From Myxococcales bacterium (lineage in GTDB: Bacteria > Myxococcota_A > Polyangia > Polyangiales > JADJMO01): DNA of 64,000 nucleotides. Of this stretch, positions 12,566 to 22,259 are shown piece by piece. Below the pieces are notes generated by a model that made no database searches, had not been told where the DNA came from, and saw nothing but the letters and a program-made list of their open reading frames with translations. The translations under genes were made by a program, and so were the position numbers. The stretch is from NCBI GenBank assembly GCA_016794445.1, contig JAEUKC010000313.1, forward strand, positions 272 to 64,271. The letters are read 5' to 3'. Position 1 is the first letter of the stretch, and every line of letters begins with the position of its first letter.

Positions 12566-13362
12566 GATCGCGCGGGCGCGAGGCAAATCTCGCCAGCGCG
12601 CGCGAGGAAGCGCTCCCCGTCCTCCAGATCGACCTGCAGCCGACCGTCGTGGGCTACCCCGCACGCCACCCCCAGGCGGCCATCGTCGAGGAGCACCCGC
12701 CGCCCGAACAGCACGTCGTGGGGCGCGAGGCGAGCGCCGAGGGAGTCCGGATCGGCCAGCAGGCGCGCGAGCTCGACGTCGAGCGCGGCGAACAGATCGA
12801 GCGCGAGCTGCACGCGGTCGACGACGCCACCTTCGCGGGACAGTGACGTGGCGACGTCGGCGAGCTCGGGCGGAAAGTCCTTCCGCGCGACGTTGATGCC
12901 GATGCCGACCACCGCGTGCTCGACGCGCGCCCCCGACAGCGCCCCCTCCACGAGCACCCCCGCGATCTTGCGGTCCCCGACGAACACGTCGTTGGGCCAC
13001 TTGATGCGCGCGACGCCTCGATCGCCGAGCGCGAGGGCGACCGCGTGCCGCGCCGCGAGGCCCGCGACGAGCGCCACCTTGGGGAGATCCTGAGGAGAGA
13101 GAGCGGGCCGGACGAGCACGCTCGATGCAAGGGTCTCGCCGGGCGGAGTGCTCCAGGGTCGCTGGTGACGACCGCGCCCGTGGATCTGCGTGTCGGCGAT
13201 CACGACCGCGCCGGTGGGTGCGCCGGCCTTCGCCCAGTCGCGCACGTCGTCGTTCGTCGAGCCCGTGTGGGCAAGCAACCGGCACGGGCGCCCAAGGTCC
13301 GACAATCGGCGCGCGAGCTCGACGAGATCCTGGGGGAGTTCGGGCGTTTGCGCGTTGACCAT
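12562..13362 (-). CDS. birA: biotin--[acetyl-CoA-carboxylase] ligase (class I, no N-terminal HTH)
   Basis: Motifs GRGRHQRPWSTPPG and KWPNDV typical of BirA; 266 aa. Confidence 0.9.
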   Translation of the reverse strand: MVNAQTPELPQDLVELARRLSDLGRPCRLLAHTGSTNDDVRDWAKAGAPTGAVVIADTQIHGRGRHQRPWSTPPGETLASSVLVRPALSPQDLPKVALVAGLAARHAVALALGDRGVARIKWPNDVFVGDRKIAGVLVEGALSGARVEHAVVGIGINVARKDFPPELADVATSLSREGGVVDRVQLALDLFAALDVELARLLADPDSLGARLAPHDVLFGRRVLLDDGRLGVACGVAHDGRLQVDLEDGERFLARAGEICLAPARS

Positions 13363-13434
13363 CGGAGCCCGGTACGTTACCGCTTATCCCTCGTCGGTTG
13401 TGGTGGTGGGGCGCAGAAGGGGGCAGAGGATTCG

Positions 13435-13983
13435 ATGACCAAGAGCGAGCTGATCGACGCCGTCGCTGCCCGCGGTGAGCTCACCAAGGCGCGCGCCGAG
13501 CTGGTCGTCAACTGCGTGTTCGACACCATCATCGCGGCGTTGCTCCGCGAAGAGGGCGTCGAGATCCGCGGCTTCGGCTCCGTCACCGTGCGCCCGTACA
13601 AGCCCTACGAGGGTCGCAACCCCCGCACGGGTGCGCCCGTCGACGTCCCCGCCAAGCGCTTGCCCTTCTTCAAGGTCGGCAAGGAGCTCCGCGAGCTGGT
13701 CAACGGCAGCCGTCACCTCGCCATCACCGGTGACGAGCAGCCGCGTCGCGTGCTGGCGCGCACGGAGGGTCGCGGGGCTGCGGAGGGTGTTCGCGCCTCC
13801 ACTCCGCCGTGGAGCTCGCTGCCCAAGGTCGAGTCCGCCGGCCCCGCCCATCCGGGTTCCCCGCTCGGGGCCGTGAAGCCCTCGTCCGCGCCCGCGAGCG
13901 CACCGCGTGCGGTGCCCGCGCGCAGCGCCAGTGGGGCGGCGCGCACGGTGCTCAACGGCGGCACGACTGCCGCCAAGCGCTAG
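13435..13983 (+). CDS. IHF/HU family DNA-binding protein (IHF-beta-like) with ~85-aa Ala/Pro/Ser-rich C-terminal tail
   Basis: ATG 13435 preceded by GGCAGAGGA. MTKSELIDAVA...VEIRGFGS...GRNPRTGAPV...FKVGKELR matches the HU/IHF fold. The ORF continues to TAG 13981-13983. Confidence 0.85.
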   Translation: MTKSELIDAVAARGELTKARAELVVNCVFDTIIAALLREEGVEIRGFGSVTVRPYKPYEGRNPRTGAPVDVPAKRLPFFKVGKELRELVNGSRHLAITGDEQPRRVLARTEGRGAAEGVRASTPPWSSLPKVESAGPAHPGSPLGAVKPSSAPASAPRAVPARSASGAARTVLNGGTTAAKR

Positions 13984-14007
13984 AGGCTGCTAGAAGCCCG
14001 GGGTCCC

Positions 14008-15276
14008 ATGACCCTCGCCCCTCACCCGTCCGCTCCTCACCCGGCCTCGGACGCCCTCACCGAGCTGACCCGTGGCGTCGTCGATCTGCACGTACGCGCG
14101 GAGCTGGCCGCGCGTCTCGCCGAGGGCCGTCCGCTGCGCGTGAAGGCGGGCTTCGATCCCACGCGTCCCGACCTGCACCTCGGCCACACCGTGCTGATGC
14201 GCAAGATGCGCCAGTTCCAGGACCTCGGCCACACGGTGGTGTTCCTGGTCGGCGACTACACCGCGATGGTCGGCGACCCGACCGGACGCAACAAGCTGCG
14301 CCCGCAGCTCTCGCGCGAGGACGTCGCCGCCGCCGCGCGCACGTACGTGGATCAGGCGTGCAAGATCCTCGACCGGGAGCGCACCGAGGTGCGGTTCAAC
14401 TCCGAGTGGCTCGACACGATGAAGCCGATGGATCTCGTGCAGCTCATGGCCAAGAGCACGGTCTCGCAGATGCTCGAGCGCAACGACTTCAAGCAGCGCT
14501 TCGCGGCGGAGAAGCCCATCTTCCAGCACGAGCTGCTCTACCCGCTCCTGCAGGCCTACGACTCCGTCGCGCTCGACGCCGACGTCGAGATCGGCGGCAC
14601 CGACCAGCTGTTCAACCTGATGGTCGGGCGCGACCTGATGCCCCAGTACGGCAAGCGCCCCCAGATCGTGATGACCACGCCGCTGCTCGAGGGCATCGAT
14701 GCCCGCATCGACCCGGCCACCGGCCGCGTGCAGGGCGACAAGATGAGCAAGAGCGCGAACAACTACGTGGGCATCGACGAGCCGCCCGCCGAGCAGTTCC
14801 GCAAGCTCATGCTGGTCGACGATCAGGTCGTGTTCCGCTACTTCGAGCTGCTCTCCGCGAAGAGCGCGAAGGACATCGAGGCCCTGCGCGCCGACGTCGC
14901 GGCCGGCAAGAACCCCAAGGAGGCCAAGAAGCTCCTCGCCGGCGAGATCGTCACGCAGTACCACGGCGCCGAGGCCGCGGTCGTCGCGCGCAAGGCCTGG
15001 GACGCGAAGTTCGAGGCCGACGCGATCCCCGACGACGTGGCCGAGCTGCGGCTCCCGTGCACCGGCGAGGGCCTGTGGCTGCCGAAGGCGCTGCACCTGG
15101 CCAAGCTCGTGGCGAGCTCGTCGCAGGGCAAGCAGCTCGTCGAGCAGGGTGGGGTCGAGGTCGACCAGATCCGGATCACCGACGTCAAGCGCGAGCTCGC
15201 CGCCGGTGGCACCTACCTCGTGCGGGTCGGCTCGAAGAACCGCAAGTTCGCGCGGCTGGTCGTCGAGCGGGCGTGA
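14008..15276 (+). CDS. tyrS: tyrosine--tRNA ligase
   Basis: HIGH-type motif (PDLHLGH), KMSKS motif, and C-terminal S4-like domain. Confidence 0.95.
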   Translation: MTLAPHPSAPHPASDALTELTRGVVDLHVRAELAARLAEGRPLRVKAGFDPTRPDLHLGHTVLMRKMRQFQDLGHTVVFLVGDYTAMVGDPTGRNKLRPQLSREDVAAAARTYVDQACKILDRERTEVRFNSEWLDTMKPMDLVQLMAKSTVSQMLERNDFKQRFAAEKPIFQHELLYPLLQAYDSVALDADVEIGGTDQLFNLMVGRDLMPQYGKRPQIVMTTPLLEGIDARIDPATGRVQGDKMSKSANNYVGIDEPPAEQFRKLMLVDDQVVFRYFELLSAKSAKDIEALRADVAAGKNPKEAKKLLAGEIVTQYHGAEAAVVARKAWDAKFEADAIPDDVAELRLPCTGEGLWLPKALHLAKLVASSSQGKQLVEQGGVEVDQIRITDVKRELAAGGTYLVRVGSKNRKFARLVVERA

Positions 15277-15277
15277 C

Positions 15278-16276
15278 GTGACGCTCCGGTCTCGCTCCGC
15301 GCTCGCGGCGACCTTGTTCCTCGCGGGCTGCCCGAAGGGGCCAGAGCGCCCCAAGACCGACCTGCCTCCGCTCGTCACCGCGCCGCTCACCTCGATCACG
15401 CAGGGGCCCCGCGCGCGCTGGGCGGTGGTCACCCGACCGGACGCGCTGTTCGGCGGCGAGCTCGGCCCGTGGGTCTCGGCGATCGTGCCCAAGGCCGGCC
15501 TCGACAAGCTCGAGGTGCGCCTCGGCTTCGATCTCCGCAAGTCGAGCGAGGCCCTCGTCGTCGGCTATCCGGCGGCCACGTTCTACGCGGCGCGGTTGCC
15601 GGCGGGCGCTTCCCCGGGCGTCGCGCTCGACGCCTACGCGCTGCGCCTGCTCGCGCCGATCAGCAAGGCGAGCCCCCGCCCCGATCTCGAGCGGCGCATC
15701 GGAGGCCTCGCGTCGGGTGGCAAGGGCTCGGCGGCGGCCATGTGGTCCAAGAACGGCGACGTCATCGTGGGGGAGAGCGGGCGGCTCGAGCCCGTGGTCA
15801 CCTCGATGGCGCTCGCGACCGGACGCCTCCGGGCCGGGCTCTCGCTGCAGGCGGAGAAGAGCTTCGCGCCCCTCGCGGCGTGGGCGGCGAGCGCCCCGCT
15901 CGCGCTCTACGCGATCTGCCCGCTCGCCGAGGTGCTCGGCACCAAGCCCGAGGAGGCCCCGGTCAGCACGCAGGAGTGCTTCGGCGCCATGCTCACTCTG
16001 CGGGCGGGCAAGCCCGGGACCCTCGACGTGGCGCTCCGTCTCACGGGCGCGTGGGGCAAGGACAAGGAGGCCGCGGCCACCGAGGTGGGCGCGGCCCTCG
16101 ACCGGATCGCGGCGAGCGACCTCGGCAAGGCGCTCGGCCTGCGGGACGCCGGCAAGGCCCAGATCGAGTCCTCGACAGAGGCCATCACGGTCCACCTCGT
16201 GGTCGACGGCAAGGCCCTCGCAGGCGGGCTCGCGCGGCTCCTCTCCTCGGAGCTGAAGGACGCCACCGGGCCCTGA
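15278..16276 (+). CDS. lipoprotein, unknown function
   Basis: GTG 15278 lies 2 nt after the tyrS stop, in the frame of track ORF 15149..16276. Lipobox LFLAGC. Confidence 0.75.
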   Translation: MTLRSRSALAATLFLAGCPKGPERPKTDLPPLVTAPLTSITQGPRARWAVVTRPDALFGGELGPWVSAIVPKAGLDKLEVRLGFDLRKSSEALVVGYPAATFYAARLPAGASPGVALDAYALRLLAPISKASPRPDLERRIGGLASGGKGSAAAMWSKNGDVIVGESGRLEPVVTSMALATGRLRAGLSLQAEKSFAPLAAWAASAPLALYAICPLAEVLGTKPEEAPVSTQECFGAMLTLRAGKPGTLDVALRLTGAWGKDKEAAATEVGAALDRIAASDLGKALGLRDAGKAQIESSTEAITVHLVVDGKALAGGLARLLSSELKDATGP

Positions 16277-16296
16277 GAGCGTGATAGCGTGAGGGC

Positions 16297-16953
16297 GTGC
16301 CCTGGCGGTCTTGCGTGACTCCGCGCCTCGCGCTGTCTCTCTCGCTCACGTTCGTGGGCACGATCGTGGGCGTCGCCCACGCCGACGAGGTCGACGCGGT
16401 AGGCGCGTCCGGGGCCGCAGAAGCGCCGCCGCTCGCGCCGTTCCGGCGAGGCGTCGCCTTCGAGGGCATGATCGGCACCTACGCGCCCACGGGGCCGCTG
16501 AAGCACGTGAGCGCGCCGGGCCCCTGGTTCCGCGTCACCGTGGGCTTCGACTTCACCAAGTGGTTCGGTGCCTTCGCCTCCGGAGACGTCGCGTTCCTCT
16601 CCACCGAGCGCGCGCCGCCGCCGCCCGGACCACGTGCATACACCTTCTATGGATTCGGCGGTGGGCTCCGCCTCGCGCTGCCGATCGGCCGGGTGCGCAT
16701 CCCGGTGCGCGCCGAGATCGGGTTGCACGAGGCCAAGGACGACGGCGTGCTCGCGGCCTATGGCTTCCGGGACGCGCACGGCCTCTCGTTCGGCTGGGCG
16801 CTCGCGACGGGCCTCGAGATCCGCGCCAAGAGCCGGCACTACGGGCTCGGCTTCGAGGTCGGGGTCCGCAACGACTCGGCGTTCGCCAACCCGGTGCGCG
16901 GCGGCACCCCGCTCGCGATCACCGGCGCGCTCCTCGTCCACTACACGCTGTGA
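16297..16953 (+). CDS. small outer-membrane beta-barrel protein
   Basis: Signal peptide ...VGVAHA. Alternating hydrophobic strands with aromatic girdle residues; ends LLVHYTL. Confidence 0.75.
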   Translation: MPWRSCVTPRLALSLSLTFVGTIVGVAHADEVDAVGASGAAEAPPLAPFRRGVAFEGMIGTYAPTGPLKHVSAPGPWFRVTVGFDFTKWFGAFASGDVAFLSTERAPPPPGPRAYTFYGFGGGLRLALPIGRVRIPVRAEIGLHEAKDDGVLAAYGFRDAHGLSFGWALATGLEIRAKSRHYGLGFEVGVRNDSAFANPVRGGTPLAITGALLVHYTL

Positions 16954-16969
16954 TGCGCCGACCGGTGGG

Positions 16970-17587
16970 ATGATGTCTGCTGGTCGCGTCGGTCTGCTCG
17001 CTGCCCTCGTGGTGCTCCTCGCGGGTTGCGGCGGCAACAAGGCCAGCGGCAACGCCAAGGGCCCGAGCAAGTTCACGGGGGTGCTCCGCTACTACCCGCT
17101 CGAGCCCGGCATGCAGTGGAGCTTCATGCTCCGCGAGAGCCCGTCCCTGCCTGGGTTGCTCGTCGTGACCAAGGTCGTCGCGTTCGACGGCGCCTTCGCC
17201 GAGCTGCGCACCGGCACCTCGACGACGGCGCTGCGTGTCGCGCCCGACGGCATCCTGCGCGAGCCGCAGCACACCTACCTGCTGCGCTGGCCGATCGTCG
17301 CGGGCGCCAAGTGGCCGACGAGCGCCGGCGCCACGATGGAGGTCACGGCGGTCGACCGGCAGGTGACGGTCGACGCCGGCACCTTCGAGGGCTGCGTCGA
17401 GACCACCGAGCGGTTCGGCGGCGACGAGGCCAAGGTGCTCCGCACCACGTTCTGCCCGGACGTCGGGCCGGTCCTGCTGGAGGCGACGGCCCTCGGGCTC
17501 GAGGGCGGGCCGGTCACCCAGCGCGCCACGCTGCGCGCGTTCGGACCCGGCCAGGTGATCGCGCCCGACAAGAAGGCCGAGCCTTGA
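16970..17587 (+). CDS. lipoprotein, unknown function
   Basis: ATG 16970 in the frame of track ORF 16568..17587. Lipobox VLLAGC. Confidence 0.75.
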   Translation: MMSAGRVGLLAALVVLLAGCGGNKASGNAKGPSKFTGVLRYYPLEPGMQWSFMLRESPSLPGLLVVTKVVAFDGAFAELRTGTSTTALRVAPDGILREPQHTYLLRWPIVAGAKWPTSAGATMEVTAVDRQVTVDAGTFEGCVETTERFGGDEAKVLRTTFCPDVGPVLLEATALGLEGGPVTQRATLRAFGPGQVIAPDKKAEP

Positions 17588-17618
17588 GCGACCCCGCCAA
17601 CCGTGAGGTGAGGACGCC

Positions 17619-18713
17619 GTGATCGGTCTGGTCGCAGCGGCGGTGCTCCCGGTGGTGGTGATCGACGGGGGCAGCGTGAAGCCACCCTCGTCGCTCGGCA
17701 AGAAGCCCTCCCAGGCGCTTTCGGCCTGGGCCTCCGCCCACGGCGAGTCGCCGGCCGCTCTGGTCCCCGACGCGCCGCGGCTCGCGTCCCCCGTCTCCGA
17801 CCCGAAGGCACGCGCGACCCGGGTGGCCGACGTGGAGACCGCGCTGCGCCGAGCGCGCACGCTCCTCGACGACGGCGACCCGACCAAGGCGGCCGCGGCG
17901 CGGGGCTTCGCCGCCGAGGCCTACGCCGAGGCGCGCGCCCACCCCGAAGACCCGGAGTGCCCCTCCTGGCTCGCCGAGGCGCTGCGCGCGCTCGCCCGCG
18001 CGGAGGCGCTCGGAGGTGACGCGACGAGCGCGGCGGGCCTGCTCCACCGCGCCAGGCTGCTCGACGGCGGCCGGGTACTCGGTCTCTCCGAGTCGCCGAA
18101 CCTCGTCGTGTTGCCCAAGGGCACGCCCCACGCGCTGCGCGTGTCGGTGGCGGGCAAGCGCAAGCTCGAGACTCGGATCTACGTCGATGGCGCGCTGACC
18201 ACCGGTCCCGTCTCGATCGAGGCCGGCGAGCACCACGTCCGGGTGGTGGTCGCGCGCGACGGAGAACTCGACGGAGCGCTGCTCGATGCGCGCCTGTTCT
18301 CGATGGGCGAGGCCGACGCGGCACTCGAGCTCCGCGATCCGATCGAGGTCGTCCCTTGCAGCGCGGCCGACGTCGAAGACGCGCTCGCCCTCGTCGCGAA
18401 GGACCAGACCGCGACCTTCTCGGTGCTCTGCCCGCGGTGGGCGCGCGTCGTCCCGCGCGACGACGGGTCGATCGCGGTGCAGCGGTGTGGGCCGACCCTG
18501 TGCACCGCGGCCACGATCTGGGTGGCCCCGGAGGTGGCGCAGAAGCCGATAGCCCCGCCACCTCCGACCACGTCGCTCCTGCGCTCTCCCTGGACCTGGG
18601 TCGCGGTCGGCGTCGGCGTCGTCGGCGCCGCCAGCCTCACCGCGTGGAGGCTCGGCGCGTTCGACCGCAAGGAAGCGCCCGCGCCTACGTGGCGCTGGGA
18701 GCCGACACGCTAG
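17619..18713 (+). CDS. hypothetical protein with PEGA-like segment and C-terminal TM anchor
   Basis: Track ORF. Segment RVSVAGKRKLETRIYVDGALTTGPVSIEAGEHHVRVV is PEGA-like. TM segment WTWVAVGVGVVGAASLTAW lies near the C-terminus. Confidence 0.7.
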   Translation: MIGLVAAAVLPVVVIDGGSVKPPSSLGKKPSQALSAWASAHGESPAALVPDAPRLASPVSDPKARATRVADVETALRRARTLLDDGDPTKAAAARGFAAEAYAEARAHPEDPECPSWLAEALRALARAEALGGDATSAAGLLHRARLLDGGRVLGLSESPNLVVLPKGTPHALRVSVAGKRKLETRIYVDGALTTGPVSIEAGEHHVRVVVARDGELDGALLDARLFSMGEADAALELRDPIEVVPCSAADVEDALALVAKDQTATFSVLCPRWARVVPRDDGSIAVQRCGPTLCTAATIWVAPEVAQKPIAPPPPTTSLLRSPWTWVAVGVGVVGAASLTAWRLGAFDRKEAPAPTWRWEPTR

Positions 18714-18927
18714 CGAGCAGCTCGGCGACCGACCCACAGATGTCGTCGAGCTCGGCCTCGCGATCGGCGGGCGCCGCGAGGACCAGCGGCCCACCGCGCT
18801 CGCCGAACACGCTGGCGACCCCCTCGTGGGCTTCGACCAGCCCCTTCACGAGCAGGGCCTGCTGCGCGGGCACGACGAAGGTGCGGACGACGAGGCCGGG
18901 ACCGAGGAACACCCCCCGAGCTACCAC
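18685..18927 (-). CDS. small hypothetical protein (possibly DUF4911-like)
   Basis: Track ORF with high GC3 and no competing plus-strand gene over 18714-18927. Pattern VVRTFVVPAQQALLVKGLVEAHEGVA recalls DUF4911 proteins (from memory, uncertain). Sits 12 nt downstream of comEC. Confidence 0.5.
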   Translation of the reverse strand: MVARGVFLGPGLVVRTFVVPAQQALLVKGLVEAHEGVASVFGERGGPLVLAAPADREAELDDICGSVAELLASVSAPSAT

Positions 18928-18939
18928 GCCTGGACGCGG

Positions 18940-21360
18940 TCAGGGATCGACGGCCGTGTGCAAGGACGACGAGACCCCGTCGGTGACGAAGCGGATCGTG
19001 CCCTCGCGGTCGGTCCGGTGCACGCGCACACGGGCGGCGAGGAGGTGCTCGAGCGCGTGCGGGTGGGGGTGACCGAAGCGGTTGCGGACGCCGCACGAGA
19101 CGGCGGCCCACGTGGGCGAGACGGCGGCGAGGAACGCCGGACTGCTGCTCGTGCGCGAGCCGTGGTGGCCCACCTTCAAGAACTCGGCACGCAGGTCGAC
19201 GCCGCGCGCGACGAGCGCCTGCTCCGCCTCGTGCTCGGCGTCGCCCACGAGGAGCACGTGCCGTCCGCCGAAGCCGATGCGCACGACGAAGGAGTTGTCG
19301 TTCGCGTTCACGTAGGGGGTGGGTGAGGGACAGGGGTGCAGCACCTCGACGAGGGCGCCGGAGATCTGGTGCGCGCCGCAGAGCTCGCGCGGTCGCCGGA
19401 TGGGCGTCTTGCGTCCGCGCAGGCCGGCGAGCAGCGCGGCGTAGGCCGGGCCGGCGCCCTCGGCCTCGCCCTGGCCGGTGTCCCAGAACTCTCCCGGTCG
19501 TACGCGGGAGAGCGCCGCAGGGAGCCCGAGGAAGTGATCGGGGTGCGGGTGGCTCAGCACCACCACGTCGAGCGCGGAGCGACGCCGCGCCGCGAGCACC
19601 GGGCCGACGATGTTGCGCCCCGGGTCGAACGCCGACCCGACCTCGCCGCCCGCGTCGAACAGCATCGCGCCGCCGAGCGGGAGATCGACCAGGACCGAGT
19701 CACCCTGCCCCACGTCGAGCACCGAGACCGCGAGCACGGAGGTGGGGCGGGCGACCGCGCGCACGCGGACCTCGAGCAGCAGCAGCGCGGCGACGCCGAC
19801 GGCGACGGTCACGCGCCGCAGCCGGGGCAAGCCGGCGAACGCGACCAGCGCCGCGAAGGCGACGGCGAGCTCGAGCGCGGTGGGCGGCGGGAGATCGAGC
19901 ACCGGCATGGACGGCGCGCCCGCCACGCGAGCGACGCCGCGCAGCGCGATCAACGAGCCCGCGGCGAGGCGACCGACCAGGGGCACCCCGCCGGCGACGG
20001 CGGCGAGGTTGGCGAGAGGGAGCGCGAGCAGCTCGCCGACCGGGACCGCGACCAGGTTGGCGAGGACCGCGAGGACCGGCACCGACCCGGCGAACGACGT
20101 GACGAGCGGCGTGCAGGCGACGCTCGCCGAGACGCTCGTGGCGAGGGCCGTCGCGAGCCAGCGCGGGAGCCCGCGCGCGAGGAAGGCGCGGATGGGCTCG
20201 GCGAGGACGAGCAGGCCGACGGTGGCGCACAGCGAGAGCGTGAACGACAGATCGAACGGGCAGAGCGGGTCGACGGCGAGCATCGCGAGGACGGACCAGG
20301 CGAGGGCCCGGAGCGCGTCGGGCCGCCGCCGCGCGACCCGGACGAGCAGCAGCACCACGGCCATCGCCGTCGCGCGCCGGGCCGAGCCGGAGTCACCGGC
20401 GATCTGCTCGTAGGCGAGCGCGCAGGGCACGCCCACGAGCGCCGCGAGCCGCGCCGACTCGACGCGCCGCGAGAGCCACGGCACGCGCGCGAACGACCAG
20501 GTGAGGACGAGCACGAGCCCCCCGATCGCGAGCGCGACGTGCGAGCCGGAGACCGCGAGGAGGTGGGTGAGGCCGCTGCGCCGGAACGCGTCGTCGTCCG
20601 CGGGGGCGAGGTCTTCTTCGCCGAGGACGAGGGCGCGACCGAGCGGCGCGAGCTCGGGACCGAGGGTGCGCTCGAGGCGCGCGCGCAGCCGCGCCCGCAG
20701 GCGATCGAGGAGCGCTGGCGGGCCCCGACCGTGGGCGACGATGTCGACGGCGAGCGCCGTGCCCGAGAGCGCGTGGCCGCGGCGCGCGAAGGCCGCCCGC
20801 GGATCGCCGAGGTCGGGGTCGCGGTTGCGGCGGCTCGGGGCGAGCTGCGCGACGATCTCGACGCGATCGCCGCGCGCCACGGACGCGGGCACGTCGAAGA
20901 GGCGCGTGCGGAGGCCCGCTTCCCGGACCCCGCCGCCACAGTCGATGCGCTCGACCCACACGTCGGCCCGCAGGACGCCGCGTTGCAGGGGCATGCCGAC
21001 GACCTCGCCCGAGAGCCAGCAACGGTCGGCGTGGGGGACCAGCGCGAGGGCCTTCTCGGCCGCGGCCTCGTCGCGCACGACCGCGCGGCGCGCGCGCGCG
21101 AACCCGACGACCAGCGCGACGACCACGAACGGAGCGACGACCCACGAGAGCCGGAAGCTGCCGAAGCGAGCCACGAGGACGAACACGACGAGGACGAGCG
21201 CGGCCGGCAGCGCGTGCACCACCCCCAGCGCGCCGAGCAGGCCCGCCGCGGCGACGACGAGGAACGGGTCGAGGGGCTGCACCACCAGGCGGCTCCTGAG
21301 AGGACCGTGCCACCCCAAATGCTCGGGAGACTCGCCCATGGCCGCCGGCGGCGAGACCAT
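18940..21360 (-). CDS. comEC: DNA internalization competence protein ComEC/Rec2 with metallo-beta-lactamase domain
   Basis: Multi-TM core with LLAVSGSHVAL. C-terminal MBL motifs VLDVGQGDS, SHPHPDH, GHHGS. Alternative ATG at 21339. Confidence 0.9.
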   Translation of the reverse strand: MVSPPAAMGESPEHLGWHGPLRSRLVVQPLDPFLVVAAAGLLGALGVVHALPAALVLVVFVLVARFGSFRLSWVVAPFVVVALVVGFARARRAVVRDEAAAEKALALVPHADRCWLSGEVVGMPLQRGVLRADVWVERIDCGGGVREAGLRTRLFDVPASVARGDRVEIVAQLAPSRRNRDPDLGDPRAAFARRGHALSGTALAVDIVAHGRGPPALLDRLRARLRARLERTLGPELAPLGRALVLGEEDLAPADDDAFRRSGLTHLLAVSGSHVALAIGGLVLVLTWSFARVPWLSRRVESARLAALVGVPCALAYEQIAGDSGSARRATAMAVVLLLVRVARRRPDALRALAWSVLAMLAVDPLCPFDLSFTLSLCATVGLLVLAEPIRAFLARGLPRWLATALATSVSASVACTPLVTSFAGSVPVLAVLANLVAVPVGELLALPLANLAAVAGGVPLVGRLAAGSLIALRGVARVAGAPSMPVLDLPPPTALELAVAFAALVAFAGLPRLRRVTVAVGVAALLLLEVRVRAVARPTSVLAVSVLDVGQGDSVLVDLPLGGAMLFDAGGEVGSAFDPGRNIVGPVLAARRRSALDVVVLSHPHPDHFLGLPAALSRVRPGEFWDTGQGEAEGAGPAYAALLAGLRGRKTPIRRPRELCGAHQISGALVEVLHPCPSPTPYVNANDNSFVVRIGFGGRHVLLVGDAEHEAEQALVARGVDLRAEFLKVGHHGSRTSSSPAFLAAVSPTWAAVSCGVRNRFGHPHPHALEHLLAARVRVHRTDREGTIRFVTDGVSSSLHTAVDP

Positions 21361-21394
21361 TCCGCCGGCGGACCGCCGGCGGTAGCGTGCGTCC

Positions 21395-22207
21395 GTGCTC
21401 GAATTCGCGCCCGACCAGCCGCCCGTGCCCGCCCGCCCCGCCGCGACCGTCCTCCTCCTCCGCGACGGCCCTCACGGCGTCGAGGTCTGCGTCATGCAGC
21501 GCAGCCCGAACAGCGCGTTCATGGGCGGCGCGATCGTCTTCCCGGGTGGACGACTCGAGGAGGGCGATTCTCCCGCGCGCTTCGCGGGGCACTTCGTCGC
21601 CCCGCGCGAGGGCCACTGGCTCGACGACGAAGGCCTCGCCGCGCGCATCGCCGCCTGCCGCGAGTCCGTCGAGGAGGTCTCGCTCGTGCCGCTGGTCGGA
21701 GCCGCCGAGCCCGCGAACCTGCGGACCGCCTTGCTCGACGGCCTCGTCTCGAGCGGGGCCAAGCTCGACCTCGCAGCCCTCGTGCCGCTCTCGCGCTGGG
21801 TGACGCCGGAGGCCGAGAAGCGGCGCTACGACGCTCGCTTCTTCGTCGCGCGCGCGCCGGCCCATCAGACCCCGAAGAGCGACGACCACGAGGCCGTGCG
21901 CGTGCTGTTCGCGACACCCGCGGGCCTGCTCGCGCAGGCGCTCGAGGGAGCGATCTCGCTGTTCCCTCCCACCCACCGCACGCTCGAGATCCTCGCGCGC
22001 TCGGCCACGGTCGACGCGGCGCTCGACGCGGCCCGGAGCGCGCCTTCGATCGAGCCGATCTGCCCGCGCTTCGTGCTCGACGGGGGTGTCCCCACGCTCG
22101 CTCTGCCCGGGGATCCTCTCCACGAGGTGCGTGAGCGGCGCATCGCCGGAGGTTCTCGCTACGTGCTCCGTGACGCACGGTGGGTGTCGGAGAACGCGCC
22201 CGCATGA
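21395..22207 (+). CDS. NUDIX-family hydrolase-like protein
   Basis: Track ORF. Nudix-box-like region GGAIVFPGGRLEEGD...AACRESVEEVSL. Confidence 0.75.
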   Translation: MLEFAPDQPPVPARPAATVLLLRDGPHGVEVCVMQRSPNSAFMGGAIVFPGGRLEEGDSPARFAGHFVAPREGHWLDDEGLAARIAACRESVEEVSLVPLVGAAEPANLRTALLDGLVSSGAKLDLAALVPLSRWVTPEAEKRRYDARFFVARAPAHQTPKSDDHEAVRVLFATPAGLLAQALEGAISLFPPTHRTLEILARSATVDAALDAARSAPSIEPICPRFVLDGGVPTLALPGDPLHEVRERRIAGGSRYVLRDARWVSENAPA

Positions 22208-22259
22208 GGGCGAAAACCATTGCGGGTGGCGGGCGCCCAAGGCAGGCTCCGCCCCCGCC

